Positions 12,257 to 25,487 of a stretch of DNA of 64,000 nt are shown here, piece after piece; the first letter of the stretch is position 1, and each line of letters starts with the position of its first letter. A model generated the notes under the pieces. It was not told the origin of the DNA, searched no databases, and saw only the letters and a list, made by a program, of their open reading frames with translations. The DNA is from Balamuthia mandrillaris (taxonomy: Eukaryota), in contig JAVKOQ020000024.1 in assembly GCA_031835245.2 (NCBI GenBank), positions 186,001-250,000 on the forward strand, in the 5' to 3' direction. Both the position numbers and the translations under genes were made by a program.

Positions 12257-13527
12257 GAACCAGCAGCAAAAATACAGGCGGCAGCAAGAAGTTGAAGCCG
12301 TGAGGCAGCAAAGTGTTGTCGGGAGATGGCTCTGTCCATGAAAGTGACGGCCATGTGTATGGTGAGGCTCGTGAGGTTGAGAGTCTTATCACCGTTTTCC
12401 GTCATCCACTCGACAAGCACTCCGCGAGCGCGCATATACTCCTCCGAAAAGCTGAGCCGAGCAGCGCGTCGCTCCTTCTCCTGCATCTCATGGTACAATT
12501 CAGCTTTGTCCAGTTGTTCCTCCTCGTTGTTCTCGTAGTTGTGTTGTTGTGGCAGAAAGTGGCTATGGTGGGAATGGTAGAATTGGTTTTGGCTGTGGTG
12601 GTTGTTGTGGTAATGGCTCTGGTTTTGGCTGTGGCTGTGGTTGTATTGGTTAGGGTTGTGGTTGTGTTGGGCGGTGGCGAAAGGTTGGTGGTGATGGCGA
12701 AATCCAAAGTTGCTGCTAGTACTGCTATAGCTGTTACTATTGGTGTCAGTGGAGGACATCATGGCCCAGCCAGGTGCATGCGCCATGGAATCTGTACGGA
12801 AAGCAGAAGCAGAGGAGGCAGCCACGGCGCCACGAAAGTGGTTGCTGTAGTCGTCCTGCCGACCTACCTGCATGACTTCGTAGGCGGAGCGCTCTGCTTC
12901 TTCATCGTAGTCAGCATCTTCTGGCTCTTCTTCATCATCCACTTTGAGTGGAAAGACAGTAGCGGCAAAAGAGAACGTGGAGCGGTAGGGTCGGTCTGTG
13001 ACTTCTTCTTCTTGTACTTGGTCCTCGTCTTCTTCTCCTTCTTGATCTTCCACGCCGGTTTCATGCTCTACAAAACCAGGGGTTTGTTTCCTTACCGCCC
13101 ATTTCCCAGCCATCTCTTCTCTGCCTTCATCGTCCTCGATAGCATGTTGTGTTTCCTCTCCCTCCTCCTCAAAGAAGCTCTCCGCTGTCGTTGCATGGTG
13201 AGTGTGGTGGTTGTTGCTGTGCGAAAGGTCGCCCTGAAAGCTGTTCTCCATCAATCCGCTTTGTCTTACTGTCAATGGGCTCTCGTCTCCTTTGTCCGAC
13301 TGAGCAGCAGGACAACCGCAAGCAGATGAAAGCAGTTGCTGTTGTGGGTTGTGTTGATGTCGTTGCTTGCAAGCACAGGTGGTAGCGGTGGCCCTGCTGT
13401 CGCGGCAGTCGTCGTTGTTGTCGGTGTGAGTGATGTTGTTGCTGTGGACTGTCTGTAGCTGTGGTCGCGCCAGTGGGTAGAAGCTAGCTCCAGAAGCAGA
13501 GGCAGGGTTACTCAGCGTGCATGCCAT
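11345..13527 (-). CDS. Cyclin with long acidic/His-rich N-terminal extension; cyclin J-like
   Basis: Cyclin box RGVLVEWM...TIHMAVTFMDR...LQLLAAACIFAAAKVEE...MELLLLQILDW..TPRHFLEYFL. C-terminal cyclin fold KYAEFFVDFCLHDHNFVNSYPSIVASAAFAAARRQLQLRPAWPYHLQRLTGY. The last-exon acceptor is inferred, with the stop at 11345-11347. Confidence 0.85.
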
Positions 13528-14875
13528 ATATCCTGACGGATGGCGGATGGCAGACTTTAAAGGGGTTGGATGTTATACCCGGTTACGGTGAGTGGAAGAA
13601 GGGATTGGATCGGAATGGGTTGATTAGCGAACAAAGCCAAAGCGTTTTAGTAAAAAAGTTTGGAAAAAAAACTAATTTTAAAAAAGCGTAGTGGGAGTAG
13701 CTTGTGCGTTGACGGAGGGGGAGAGGGATGAATCCCCAACACAAAAAAGTTTCGAAAAAACAAATAAAATACCTTTGGTTGTTGCGGCTGCTACTCCCAG
13801 AAGTTCTGTGCGTGTATTTTTGTCGATGCTACCTCCCCGCCCGATGTGCCACCACCGTTTTGACCTGAGGAGAAAGAGAGAGGGCGTCGCTAAAACTGTC
13901 GGGTCGAAAGAACAAAAAAAAAACACAGCACATGAGCACCAAAAAGAAGAGAGCAGGGCTTTAGAAAACAAAAAGAGAGCAGTAGTAGCCCAGAGAGAAC
14001 AACCAATCCCAGCCGCTACCCCCTCATACAATACCTTTGTCGCAGGGAAAAAAAAAACGTAGCGCAGCGGGCAACGAAAGAGAACAACACACACACACAC
14101 ACGAGAGCGCACCAACCCACCCACACACAAGAGAGAGAGAGAGAGAAGGGAGGGAAAAGAAAAAAGAACACCACACAATACGCTACAAACAAAAAATATA
14201 GAGCAAAACCAAAGAAAAAAAATAAACTTGTGGAGAGGCAATGAAAAAAAAAAAACATGAAGCTGTCCCATAATCCCTTTTGTCGTCCGCTTCCGTAAAT
14301 TTCTATTATTATTTGTTTGTGGAGCCCCAAAAAAATTCGGAGTTTAATCGACCATGGTTTAATATGGATAGGTTTTGCCGTATTAGGCAAATCCGTTCGA
14401 TGATAGCGTTGCAAAAAACAAAAAAAAAAAAAAAAAAAAAAAACCGCTGGTGGGCCACAGCACCGGGATACCAAACCCAAAAAAAAAAGAAAAGGCGAAT
14501 GCGCGTCAGTGTTTGTGGAGGACGCACTCCACACCGCTTTCACGACTTTATTTTCCGATTGTTTTTGAGGATCTCGCGTTTCTTTCTCCCGGGTTTGACG
14601 GAGGCGACCGGGAAGGAAGCATTCTTGCTTTGGAACTCTCGCGCCCATTGCTAGGAGAATAGCGTGACGGGTAGGACCAAAAAAAAAACCCCGTTTCACA
14701 GGTGGAAATTATATATTTTCAATGCAGGTCTACATTTATGTTTTTTTGGCTTGGGTGTGTTTTGTTGGTTACGCATTTTCCTTCCGTGTTGGGCGATCAT
14801 TTGTAACCTTCGTCGCTTCTTCTGCCCATTTTTTTGTGTGCGCATCCTTTTGGTCATTTGTTGCGCCAACGAACG

Positions 14876-16097
14876 TCAAAATAGGCCGGTTTTCCTCAGC
14901 TCGTGCCCAATGAAAATGCTCCTCAATATCTCCTGCATTTCTCTTCGGGAGGCCGTCTTTTGAACGAACGGATGCTTTTTGATGAAAACAAAGAGCAATT
15001 AAGCAGGTCATAAAGGTAAATAAGTTATTTATCCTCTCACGTGCGCGCCACCCAAAGGTAAAAAAGACAAAAACAATAAAAGACCGCGGGGTGACCGCCA
15101 GAGAAAGGAAAAACCAGCTTTTTGTTCTCGCTTACCTCCAAAAGTTCCTTGGTGGTGGCTCTTTCTGTTGGCTCACGAACAATGCAGCGGGACATAAAGT
15201 CCACAAACTCCTGCGACCACTTGGCGGCGTTCAAAAAGCCCGGTAGCTCGCCGACCGCCACGTTGAATAAGCACTTTAAGTAATGAAACGGAAAGAAAGT
15301 GATGCGCAAATACGTGATGTCAGATGGGACAGTGACGAGAAAGAAGAAGAGAGAAGCAGAGAGGCAGAGAACCTTAAGAGCGTTTCTGTCAAACGGTACA
15401 GTCCGGTTTGCGAGTTCCAAGACACAAATGGCAAGACTCCAAATATCGGCCTGTTAATCGCAACAGAACATCAGTGAGGAGAGCACGAGAGAGCAGATAA
15501 GAAAGGTTGCCAATACCGGATAACCATGTGGTTGCTGTAATATCATTTCAGGAGGGATCCAGAACGGTGAGCCAACCATGCTGGTCACTGGCCCTCCGCT
15601 GAGGTCAATGCACAATCCAAAATCAACTGTATTGTCCATGTTATTAGTCAGATGCTTGTGTGCCACAACGAAGAGAAGAGGTAAGAGGTACGAGATATAC
15701 GCACTCAACTTCACTTCCCCGTTAACGCTGAGCATCACCTGCAGACGACGGAGAGAGAGAGAGAGAGAGAGAGAGAGTTGAGCATATTGTATATGTACAG
15801 AAGAAAGGCAACGCACATTTGCACTTTTCAAGTCCCGATGAACAAAGTTGTTTCTATGAAGGTAGTCGATACCTTTGAGCATCTGAACACATATTGTTCC
15901 AACGTGTTAAAAAAAAACATCAACAAAATATTTGGGATGTGCGTTTACCTCTTTCACCAGATAAGCGATATGCTTTTCTTCCATCTCGTATTCCGTGGCT
16001 GCTTCTGCCAACGTACCTCCCTCCATAAACTCCATTATGACCTTTAAGTTGGTTTTTGTTTCGTCGTTAGAAAGCAGAGGGAATGGAGAGAATAGAC

Positions 16098-16144
<47 letters not shown>

Positions 16145-17337
16145 TACCCAAGCTTCTCGTGCACTCGCCATCTCATAAGACCTAAAATATTTGACAATGT
16201 TTGGGTGATCAAACTGACGCAAAAAGTTTATTTCCACCAGGCATTGCCGTTGTTCTTTCTCTGTATTAAAAGGCATCTTCTTGATGGCATACTGCGTGTA
16301 CCATAGATAAAAGATTAGAAAGATGCGCTGGACCCCTCTTCCAGTTCTTTTATGTTGCTTGTTACATTCTTGTCGTTTCTGATCATCCGTCTTTGCTTTC
16401 GTTCTCTCAACGGTTTGCTTCTTTCTTGGAGCAAAAAAGCGACAGAGAAAACGTACTGTCCGTTTGTCTTCGAGAGAGATAGCGGAATAAACTCTACCAA
16501 AGCCCCCACGACCTGCAATTTCATATTTTTTATATAGTGTTTCTGGAGTTCCGGCCGTCAGCAAGTCTCCTGCATGTCGCAGATAGGAGAGGACAGAGTT
16601 TAGAAAGAAGTCCCATGAAAACAATAAATATTAAAAATAAGACTGACACGACAAGAGAGTGTAAGAAGGAGAGAGCGAGAAAGAGACAGAGGCGCTGGAA
16701 AACCAAAACCAAAACCTTACCAGGAGATAAAGATACATCAGTGCGTGGGTCACGTGGTCGATGATCCCCGTTTTTAAACTTGCGAGAAGTGGCAAAACGA
16801 AGGCACTGTAGCAATATATCAAAATGTTCCTTGTAGAGGTCCATCGAAATGCGAGTTTCCTCCAACCGCTTAATAATATCGCTTGGAAGATCCTTGTTGT
16901 GGTTGTTTATTTGGCTAAAGGTAAGCTTGTTGGACAAAGAGAACGAGAGAGAGAAGGCGGTAATTGTTGAAAAAATTAGAACCTCTATAGAGACTGCCTC
17001 TATTACTGGTTTCGAGTTAAAACTATGCCGATACTTTCGGCGCCCTCCTGGTACCTATTTTCTTTTTCTGTCACTAAAACAATAAACACGCGATCAAAAG
17101 GAGAAAGTAAACGAACCTCTTCAAGATATGCCTTAACAACTTTTTTGATGGGCTTGTGGTTGTTTACGATGTCGGCAATTCCCTCCGCGTCAATGTCGGC
17201 ATTACTCTGCAGGAGCAGCAGTACCAAGTCCTTTCGCCCCGTATGCATTGCGGAGTGTAATGGAGAGACTCCAGTCCTGTTTGTAAGCGGTCATATCAGT
17301 AACTCATATCGACGAGAATAAAAGATGCGAAACATAG

Positions 17338-17406
<69 letters not shown>

Positions 17407-17976
17407 GAGGGAGGGGAGGGAGGGAGAGGAGTCAATGGACTTGTCAGTTGTGTTTGGGTTAGCATTGTGGCTCAACAGCAAAGACACCATCTCTACGCAG
17501 TCTGCTTTGACAGCCTTATGCAGGGGCGTCTGTCCCAAGTTGTCTTGGGCATCGATGTTAAAGTCCTTCGTCTCCAGCATCATCTTCACCAGCTTGGGTG
17601 CTCGGTCTGGAGCCACTCCCGAGGAACAAATAAAGTGCAAGGCGGTGGCTCCGGACTTTGTGGTCAAGCTAGGATTGGCTCCTTGCTTCAAGAGGTATTC
17701 TATAACTTTGCTGTGCATATGAGAGCAGGCGCAGTGAAGAGGTGTGCGGTGGTTCGTGTCGAGAGGGTCCAGCTCGGGTTTGGCTTTGAGCAAAGTCTTG
17801 AGGAGCGGCAGGTTGCCCTCAAAGGCAGCCACGTGGAGAGCTGTCTGTTGGAACTGGTCGCGGGCATTAACGTCTAGTGCTCCGGAGCTGAGCTGACGCA
17901 CCACATCCTTCTTGCTGTTGCTCTTGACCAGTTCGTGGAGGAGAAGTGCCTTGCCATCGCGTGATATGCCTGACAT
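14876..17976 (-). CDS. Ankyrin-repeat STE20/PAK-like Ser/Thr kinase
   Basis: N-terminal ankyrin repeats (QTALHVAA, RTPLHCAC, ATALHFIC, QTPLHKAV). Kinase motifs GRGGFGRVY, YAIKKM, VHRDLKSANV, DFG and VGSPFWIPPEMI. Ends HPFV...KTGLF*. Confidence 0.9.
17340..17402. repeat. (GA)n/(TC)n intronic microsatellite
   Basis: Dinucleotide array in an intron of the minus-strand kinase. One of dozens in the window. Confidence 0.95.
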
Positions 17977-18585
17977 CACAGCGGATACACCTTCAGAACC
18001 AAGCTTGGTAAGTTTTGAAAATAAAAAACGAACAGCAAGTTGCTGTCCTTCCCTCACGCTGCGCCTTTGTCGTCTTTTTTTTTTTCCCCAATGCCAGGCT
18101 GGAGCGTCTTCAGATTAGGTGACGATAAGGCCACCATAACAGAGCCAACCGACAAACCGCTTTTTGGTAACGAATGTACGAGAACCGCAAGCTTAGCAGC
18201 TTGCGTTTCTGGAACAACCGTACCTTTTTTTGCGTTTCAATTTTCAAACTCCGAACCGACACATCGCCTTTTATGGAATAGTGGTAATCACAACGACACG
18301 ACGGGTAGAGAAACAGACCTTGTGTCGACCTGAAAAGAATCTGGAGAAGGGCAATACAACGAAAAATATGAGAGAAAAAAAATAAATGGGTGGGGCACAA
18401 GAAAAGGCGAGCAAAGGGATTCGTTCCTTTTGAATTGGAGGCAGTTGGCTATACAAATTTTTTTGTTTGTGTAGTAGTGCTTGTTTTGTAGGAAACAAAA
18501 AATAAAGAAAAAAAAAAGAGGGCGCAGGGCTTCAAAGGAGGATCATTGTGTGCCGCGTGCCGGTTTTTTTTTGTTTGGAGAGGAT

Positions 18586-18919
18586 TTAGGAGAAGTACTC
18601 CTTGCCACCGCCGCCAGAGACAGGCATCTGCACACCAGAATCCTTGGTCGAGACGTACTCGGCGTGAGAGCTCTGGGGGCCAGCAGCAGAGTCTGCAAAA
18701 AAATAATATTTTTGTTAGATGGAAAAGCCCAACAAAATAAAATAATAATAATAGAGGAGGGGAAAAGCTTGAGGGAAAGAAAAGAAATAACAAGGCGAAA
18801 AAACGCGTACTCTTTTGACGGTAGCCGTCACCCACGTTGGTGCTGGCAGGGGCCTCCTTGCCAATGTCCTTCTTGGGGACGTGCTTGTTGGTACCAGGTC
18901 CAGCTAATTGACGGCGCAT
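18586..18919 (-). CDS. Small hypothetical protein, 71 aa, two exons (18919-18811, 18692-18586)
   Basis: A clean GT-AG intron gives MRRQLAGPGTNKHVPKKDIGKEAPASTNVGDGYRQKNSAAGPQSSHAEYVSTKDSGVQMPVSGGGGKEYFS*. The exons are GC-rich with many C/G-ending codons and sit in AT-rich flanks. Confidence 0.65.
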
Positions 18920-19269
18920 TTCGAAAAGGGCTGAGAAGTTTTGTGTGTGTGTGTAGTTGTTTAACAACAAAAGAAGAAAAACAAAAAGGAACGACCAAAA
19001 ACAAAAAAAATGGTGCAATCACCCGAAACCAAAACTAAACTAAAGTGCCATGTCAAGGGTTTCACGATTCATGAAAATTGTTATTTGTCGACAATTCTTC
19101 CTTAAATAGATGTGTTATCCGCCAATCGTTTGATTTTATGTAAAATTGTGTTGTGCAGCATCGCCCAATGGCCTTTCGCCACGTCACCTCTTACGTACAT
19201 TAAGCGCCGCCTAAAAGGTATTACCTCCTTGTTTCTCTTCTTATTTTTGAGTCTCGCTCTTCAGAAATT

Positions 19270-22200
19270 TTACACCAAGCTTGACAGCGGGGTGTCACAC
19301 ATGGTACAATACGGCAGCGATGAGGAGTGGTTACGCGGTGACAACCATGAAAAGGCAGAAGAAAGTTGTTGTTGCTGTGGATGCTCGTCCGTCATAGTCT
19401 CCAGCTTGAGCGCCTTGCGGCTGCAGCCGAAACAATGCCAGCAATCCGGCGTTTCGATCAACAGTAACGAACGTGCACAACGAGCTGTTTGTGTTTTTTG
19501 TTTGAGGAAAGAAAGAGTCCAAGTCAGAATATCTATGTAACGCCACAGCAGAGGACACAGGTCATAGTGGTACCGAGGTTGTGTCCTTTGGCACAGGTCT
19601 CCGAAACGGCGGTTGTCAGCACAATGGGCAACTTACAAAACGGACACTGTTCTCTTGCTATGTGGTGGACTATCACTTGCATCGAAGAACTGGAAGAGGA
19701 TGAGGATGAAGAAGAAATGATGTGTTTCATCTGTTCGATGCACTCGCCATTTTGTTGCTGTTCTTCTGTGTCTCCCGTTGAGAAAACGTTTTCATAGATG
19801 AAAAGAGCTAATGGCCAAAGTTCAGGCAAGACGATGGCATGATTGACTCGAATCCAATCAGCCATCAAGAGCAAAGAAAGAGATTCTTTTGGTTGGGTTG
19901 GTCTTCGTGTTGTTGTGGAATTCTTTTGTTGGTAATGAGAGAATTTCTGTAAGCAGTCGTAGATGTAAAGTTGAACGATCATATGAGCGTTTTGGAAAGA
20001 GTCTTGGCTGCACTTTTGTTTCAAAGGTCCCGGCTAAAGTATCAGAGAAAACAATCGGGTTAGAGAGAAAGAGAAAAAGAGAGAAGAGGAAAAGTGTAAG
20101 AGATAAATTAAGAGAGAAGTATAGGTAAGAAGAAGCTTCTTAGATGTACCATGGGAAAGGAAACAGAAAAGTAAAGAAGGTTAGCAGATTTAAGCCATTT
20201 GGAATGGGTAAGTTTGTCTTCTATTTGTCCAGTTCTGTTGTGACAGGAGCGATAAGGAACAAGACCATATAAAGAAGAGAGATGAAAAAATAATACAAGG
20301 ATAGCCACATACCGTGAGGCAGATGCAAACTGTTCTTGGGCCAACGCAGCCAATCGTGCGTACTGCTCCACCTGCTGAGTCTCGTTTAAATGGTTGATAA
20401 CGTCCCAGAGCACTCTTGGCGGCCGCTTTTCTGTATGGTGTGAATTAAAACACTGGGAAAGTAAAGCAAAAGAAGAAGAAAAGGGAGAGGAAGAGGAAGA
20501 GAAGGAAGAGGAAGAGGAAGAGAAGGAAGAGGAAGAACAAAGAAAAGAACAAGACGCCGGAGAACAAAAGAAGGCGGAGAGGAACAAGAGTGACATACCT
20601 GTTGCTCTAATGAAAGCCGTTTCTACGTCGGTTAAAAAGCCTTCAATGTTGTGGAACGTAAGTTTCCCACCGGGAGACTTTTTGCCGAACATTTGATCCT
20701 TGTCACTTGGGGTCCTTATATTTCACATAGAAGAAGAACAAGAACAAAAAACTGATGAGAACAAATGAAGCGCAAGCAAATAGAACAGCAATGAAACAAC
20801 AGAAAAAGAAGTTTTCACGTACTGAGATGCACAACAGAGATATAGAGCACAGGGAGAGTACGCAAGCCCAAATACGCCGTTACCAGCTTCCTTGATGACT
20901 TTCTTACAGACGACCGATGACTCGATGCTGTGAGTTGGTTCAATGTGCATTGAATCTACAATTTCTTTTCCTTTGACAGAAGACTCTGGTTGGTCGGGCT
21001 TTGTTGGTATTGTCACTTGAGAACACAAAGTGGTGCCATCCATCGCGCAGGTCAAAAGCAAACCAACATCATACTTCCAACATACTCCTTTTGTTGTTGA
21101 TTTCAACATAAAGCTTTCAGAGGAAAAAAAAAAGCAATCGTAACGAGAAAGTAGCACTAGTACCATTCACTAAATCAGCGTGAAGCATTGGAATGTCTAA
21201 TGCTCCTACAATCTTTCCGTCATCATCCAACAGCCGTAGCGACGCTCCAAATGTCTTACTAAATACTAGGCTTGTTCTCCCCTTTGAACGAGAAAGACAA
21301 CATGAGACAATGAAGAACAAAAAACAGAGAATACCGCAGAACAAAGAGAGAATACAAACCTCTTGGACAGCCCAAGATAAGCAGAACACACTTTGTCGAT
21401 CCACAGCATTAATCTCCGTGACCAATGAGAAAGAGCAACGCTGAACGATGCCGTCTTTCCCAGCCATGGGTGTGCCGCTGTTGTGATAAGCATGTGCGAG
21501 CTCGCTTAAATCTGCATGCCAAAGCTTAACACTGCCATCCACCGATGCAGTTAGTAGCCAAGGTTTGTCTTCTGCATGCATTATAAAAAGGAATAAGAAA
21601 AAAGTAGAAAATATAACAGACTAGTATCCAGAAAGAGAGGAGAGAAAGCATACGAGGGTGCCAAGCTAAGGCAGAAATCCACGCAGAGTGAGGGGCAAAA
21701 GAAGCAACCAACTGAAATGGGACATCATCAGGAAACGGTTGTTGCTGAGGCGATTCGAGCGACGGATCTTTTCTGTGAGGAAGATTGTATTGCCAGAAAG
21801 TTACATCTCTTTTGCTTCCTATCGCTAAAAGCGTGCCCTGAACCCCCTCTTGGAATTCAAGTGTAGGAGACCATGCCAATGCTGTTGTTGTTGAGTTTAA
21901 GAAGTGGCAATCAAATAGATGAAAGTAAAATGATAATAAGTAATTTTTTAATACAAAAAAGAAACAAATTCTCCAAAAACACCAAACAATACCACGCAAT
22001 ATAAAACAAACAACAACAAAACAAAAGCGTACCCAAGGCAGACAGTCCCTCTATTCGGTACAAATACTCTTGTTTACTGAGGGTAGACGAAGAAGAAGCG
22101 GATGTTTCTTTGGCCTTTTTGCTTTTCGTGGGGGTGCGTGCTTTTCGTTTCTTTCGCCCACCCCCTTCCTCATCACTGCCGTTATGTTCCTGCATTGCCG

Positions 22201-23036
22201 TTGTATCGGAGAATACGTTGTTCTCGTAATGCTGATGAAGCAAGTCGGAGAGGCACGCCACCTATTTTTGAAAAGGAACATAAGAGAAAGAAGACGAAGA
22301 TCAAGAATACAACGAGGAAAAAGGAGCCTAATAACAAGAAGTGTAGTTGGAGGAAAAGGAGAAAGAGTAGAAAGTACCTCTTTCCACTCTGGAAGGAGCT
22401 TGGTGTGTGGAGGACAATGAACACTCACTCGATAATCCGTTGTTACACTGGCTATTAGATAGCTGCTCGCCATCAAACGGAAGAAGAAAGCACAAAGAGC
22501 GAAGGTAGAGAAGCAAAGAAACAAACAAAAAAAGAAGTTAGCCAACGCGGAAGCAAACAAAGAGCAAGATTGGTGTTGGATTATTGTACCCTCCAGTGAA
22601 GGAACATCCGATGGGAGACAAAGCGCTGGCACGAAAGGCAGGCTTCAAACCTTTGCTTGTCAACGGACCGATATACCATGGAAAGGTTGTTCCTTCTTTT
22701 ATATTAAAAAACAAAAAACTGTTAGAATGGAAGAAACGACAAGAACGAACAATAAGAAGTGGCTACAAAGAGAAGAAAGAAGAAGCACGAAGAAGAAGGA
22801 GAAGAACAAGAAGAAGGACAAGAACAAGAACAAGAACAAGAAGAACAAGAACAAGAAAGAAGAACAAGAAAGAAGAGAGCAACAAAAAGAAGATCAAGAT
22901 GAGCAAGAAAGAAAAGCATCAATGAAGGCACCTTTTGTTTGCGAGAGAGGAGTGCCACCAACTTCTGGGAGCTGTAAACTTGTGGAATGCAGCTTTATGT
23001 AGCTCAATCGTTGAAGCTCAGGCGATTGAAGGTCCT

Positions 23037-23076
<40 letters not shown>

Positions 23077-23370
23077 GAGTAGACAGTTAAAAACAAACAA
23101 TCACCACTAGCTTAAACTTGTTTGTTTCGGTGGAGTGGGACTAACCATGATGTAGATTACTCTCTCGGTAGTGAAGACCAAGGCGTTGGTGTGTTCATCC
23201 CAGGACAAAGCGTTGGGATAGAGAGGACACGATTTGAACTCGTGGCTGCTCTCCTCTTGCATGTGCTGCTGGGGAGGAGAGGGCGCAAAAGGGCGTCCAT
23301 CCGAGCTGCTGCTAGCTCCTCCCATCTCGACCGCGCTCGTCATCGCTGCTTCGCTTTCTTCCATCATCAT
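19270..23370 (-). CDS. GTF3C4: RNA polymerase III transcription factor TFIIIC 90 kDa/delta subunit
   Basis: WD-like N-terminus (PNALSWD, ALAWSP, ISALAWHP, LTASVDGSVKLW, GLAYSP). C-terminal zf-TFIIIC-type finger EQCPFC...TCAKGHNLARCARSL...CWHCFGC...YCTMCD. Confidence 0.8.
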
Positions 23371-23743
23371 TTTTCGTCTCAACGAGCTTCAAACGGCCAA
23401 CTGGGCGAGGGTTCGACTCTAACCGTACACCACTTTATTGATCGGAAACGGACAAAACGCGGGTTCGACCCCAACCCCAGGTTGATATCTTATTTTTTCT
23501 CCATTGCTGGTGCCGCGGGTTCAAAGCGAAGCGCGCGCAAACAAAATTACTAAACAGATGCCAATGGTGGGCTGTGTGTGCAGTCCTGTCGACACAAAAA
23601 ATTCTCCGCTGCGCAAGGCAAGATAGCACAGGGACACTTTTTGCTGCACTTTCGCCCTCACCGTTTCTTTGGTGGCCCCCTGTAAGGGGTTCGAAGCCAG
23701 GTGATAGCAACATTATTTTTTTTTTTTACACACAGCTGAAAAG

Positions 23744-24256
23744 ATGCAGAAAGACCACAGGAAGAAGCTGAGAGAGAGCTCCTCCTCCCCCATCGACACC
23801 CCAACGGCGCACGACGTGCTCCTCGCAGCGAGCTCCACGCACCAAAAGGCGGGCGTTCCAGGCAGGGGCCTCACCGTGCTGGTCTGCGTGGACGCCTCCC
23901 CCAACGCCAAGCGGGCCTTCCAGCGCGCCCTGGAGCTCATCATCAAGAGGCGCAACCCGCACGACAGGCTGTTGATCCTCAACGTCCCGCGCCGCATGAA
24001 GCACGTCAACGTCAAGATGAACGTGCTGGAGGACAGCGAGATCAGGACCCTTAACTACTCCTACCAAAAGGTGGCCGCTCGTCTGGGCAATGACTACAGG
24101 GAGGCAGGCCTGGAGGCTGGTCTGGACCCTGTGCGTTTCTCTCTCGTCTCTCATCTTTCTTATTTGCTGCTTCTCTGCTCTCCTCTGTCCTCTATGCTCT
24201 CTTCTCTCTCCCTCGTTTCTCGTTCTCTTCTCTTTTTTTTTATGGAGCCTTCTCTC

Positions 24257-24294
<38 letters not shown>

Positions 24295-24940
24295 CGTCAG
24301 CTACTCTTTCTGTCCTCATCCCTCATTGCCCTAAGCGTTGCAACAAACAGAAAAAGATAAAGTCTATAGTACCCACGAGCGACTACTCCACAAACTTCAA
24401 GTCTAATGTTAGACAGGAAATTTGCAACCTAGTATGTTCTCTTCTTCCTGTTCTTACTTCTTGTTCTTCTTCATATTCTTCTTGTTCTTCTTCTTGTTCT
24501 TCTTCTTCTTCTTCTTCTTGTTCTTCTTCTTCTTCTTCTCTCTGGCAAATTTCAACTGTGGTTTTTAATGGAATGCTCTTTTTGGTGATTTGTTATCTCA
24601 AAGGCTGAATTCTACGACATTGATCTGCTGGTACTCGGGCGAAGGGGTATAGGTTACGTAAAAAGGTAGGGCTTGCCTTTTTCCATACGCTCTTTCTGTT
24701 TCAACTTTTGTTCTTTCTTCATTCGTTTGTTCTTTTTCAACTTCTGTTCTTTCTTCCTTCTCTTCTTTCTTCATTCGTTCGTGTTAGCTTGTTAAATTGG
24801 GGTGGTGGTTTCTATTCTCATTATGCTTTGCTTGGTAACTCTCTTTTGTAACATTCCAAACCATCTCCAGAAAGATGACCGGCTCGACCACCGAGTATTG
24901 CGTGCGGCACGCTCCGTGCAATGTTCTCGTCGTGAAGTGA
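23744..24940 (+). CDS. Universal stress protein (USP/UspA domain)
   Basis: VLVCVDASPNAKRAFQRAL...VRQEICNLAEFYDIDLLVLGRRGIG...GSTTEYCVRHAPCNVLVVK* (TGA 24938-24940). Confidence 0.92.
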
Positions 24941-25118
24941 GCAGCGCGATACAATAGCGCCCCATCCTTCACTTCACCGTGTCCACCGCATAACAGGCTA
25001 AACGCTCTGGACATCTGTCTCCCCTTTACCATTTCTTTGCGCGATATTAAAAAAATTACATAGTGTACATTCGGAATCGAACCGACGCATCGAATCATGT
25101 TTAGCAAATTTGGTTCTG

Positions 25119-25128
25119 ATGACGTCAT
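25119..25128. promoter_or_regulatory. CRE-like palindrome ATGACGTCAT upstream of the GATA gene
   Basis: Perfect bZIP-type palindrome in AT-rich upstream DNA. A second TGACGTCA lies at 52499-52506 upstream of GBA2. Confidence 0.35.
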
Positions 25129-25487
25129 CTTATTTCCTTATTTATCAAAAACTTTCCTTTTTCCAAAACATTTCATTTAATGCGAATTTTTTTCGGATTT
25201 GACAAAAAAGAAAGAAAAAATTGAAGAAAAGAATAAAAGAAAAAAAAATTGCAGCAGGAAACAAATAAAATAATTACCGAGTTTTCCGCTCTTAGACAAC
25301 CGACCTTCTTCTTCTTGGCCAAAACTTTTTGGTTCGTTTTTCCTTCCTTTCTTTTCTTTTTTTTTTTAAAAAAAAGAGAACACAACACCGATTGTTGTTG
25401 TTAACGAAACCTCCTCCTCTTTTATTTTTTTTGTTGTTCTGTTGTTCTCCGAAGAAAAACAAACAGGCAGCAGCAGCCTTGTGCCAA

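Noticed and set aside
12313..13329. 338-aa plus-strand ORF with a long hydrophobic Val-rich stretch
   Set aside because: It is the antisense shadow of the cyclin's His/Asn/Gln-rich exon and has no independent motifs.
13530..14870. ORFs of 100-227 aa upstream of the cyclin
   Set aside because: They are low-complexity T/A-run translations, consistent with 5' UTR and promoter DNA.
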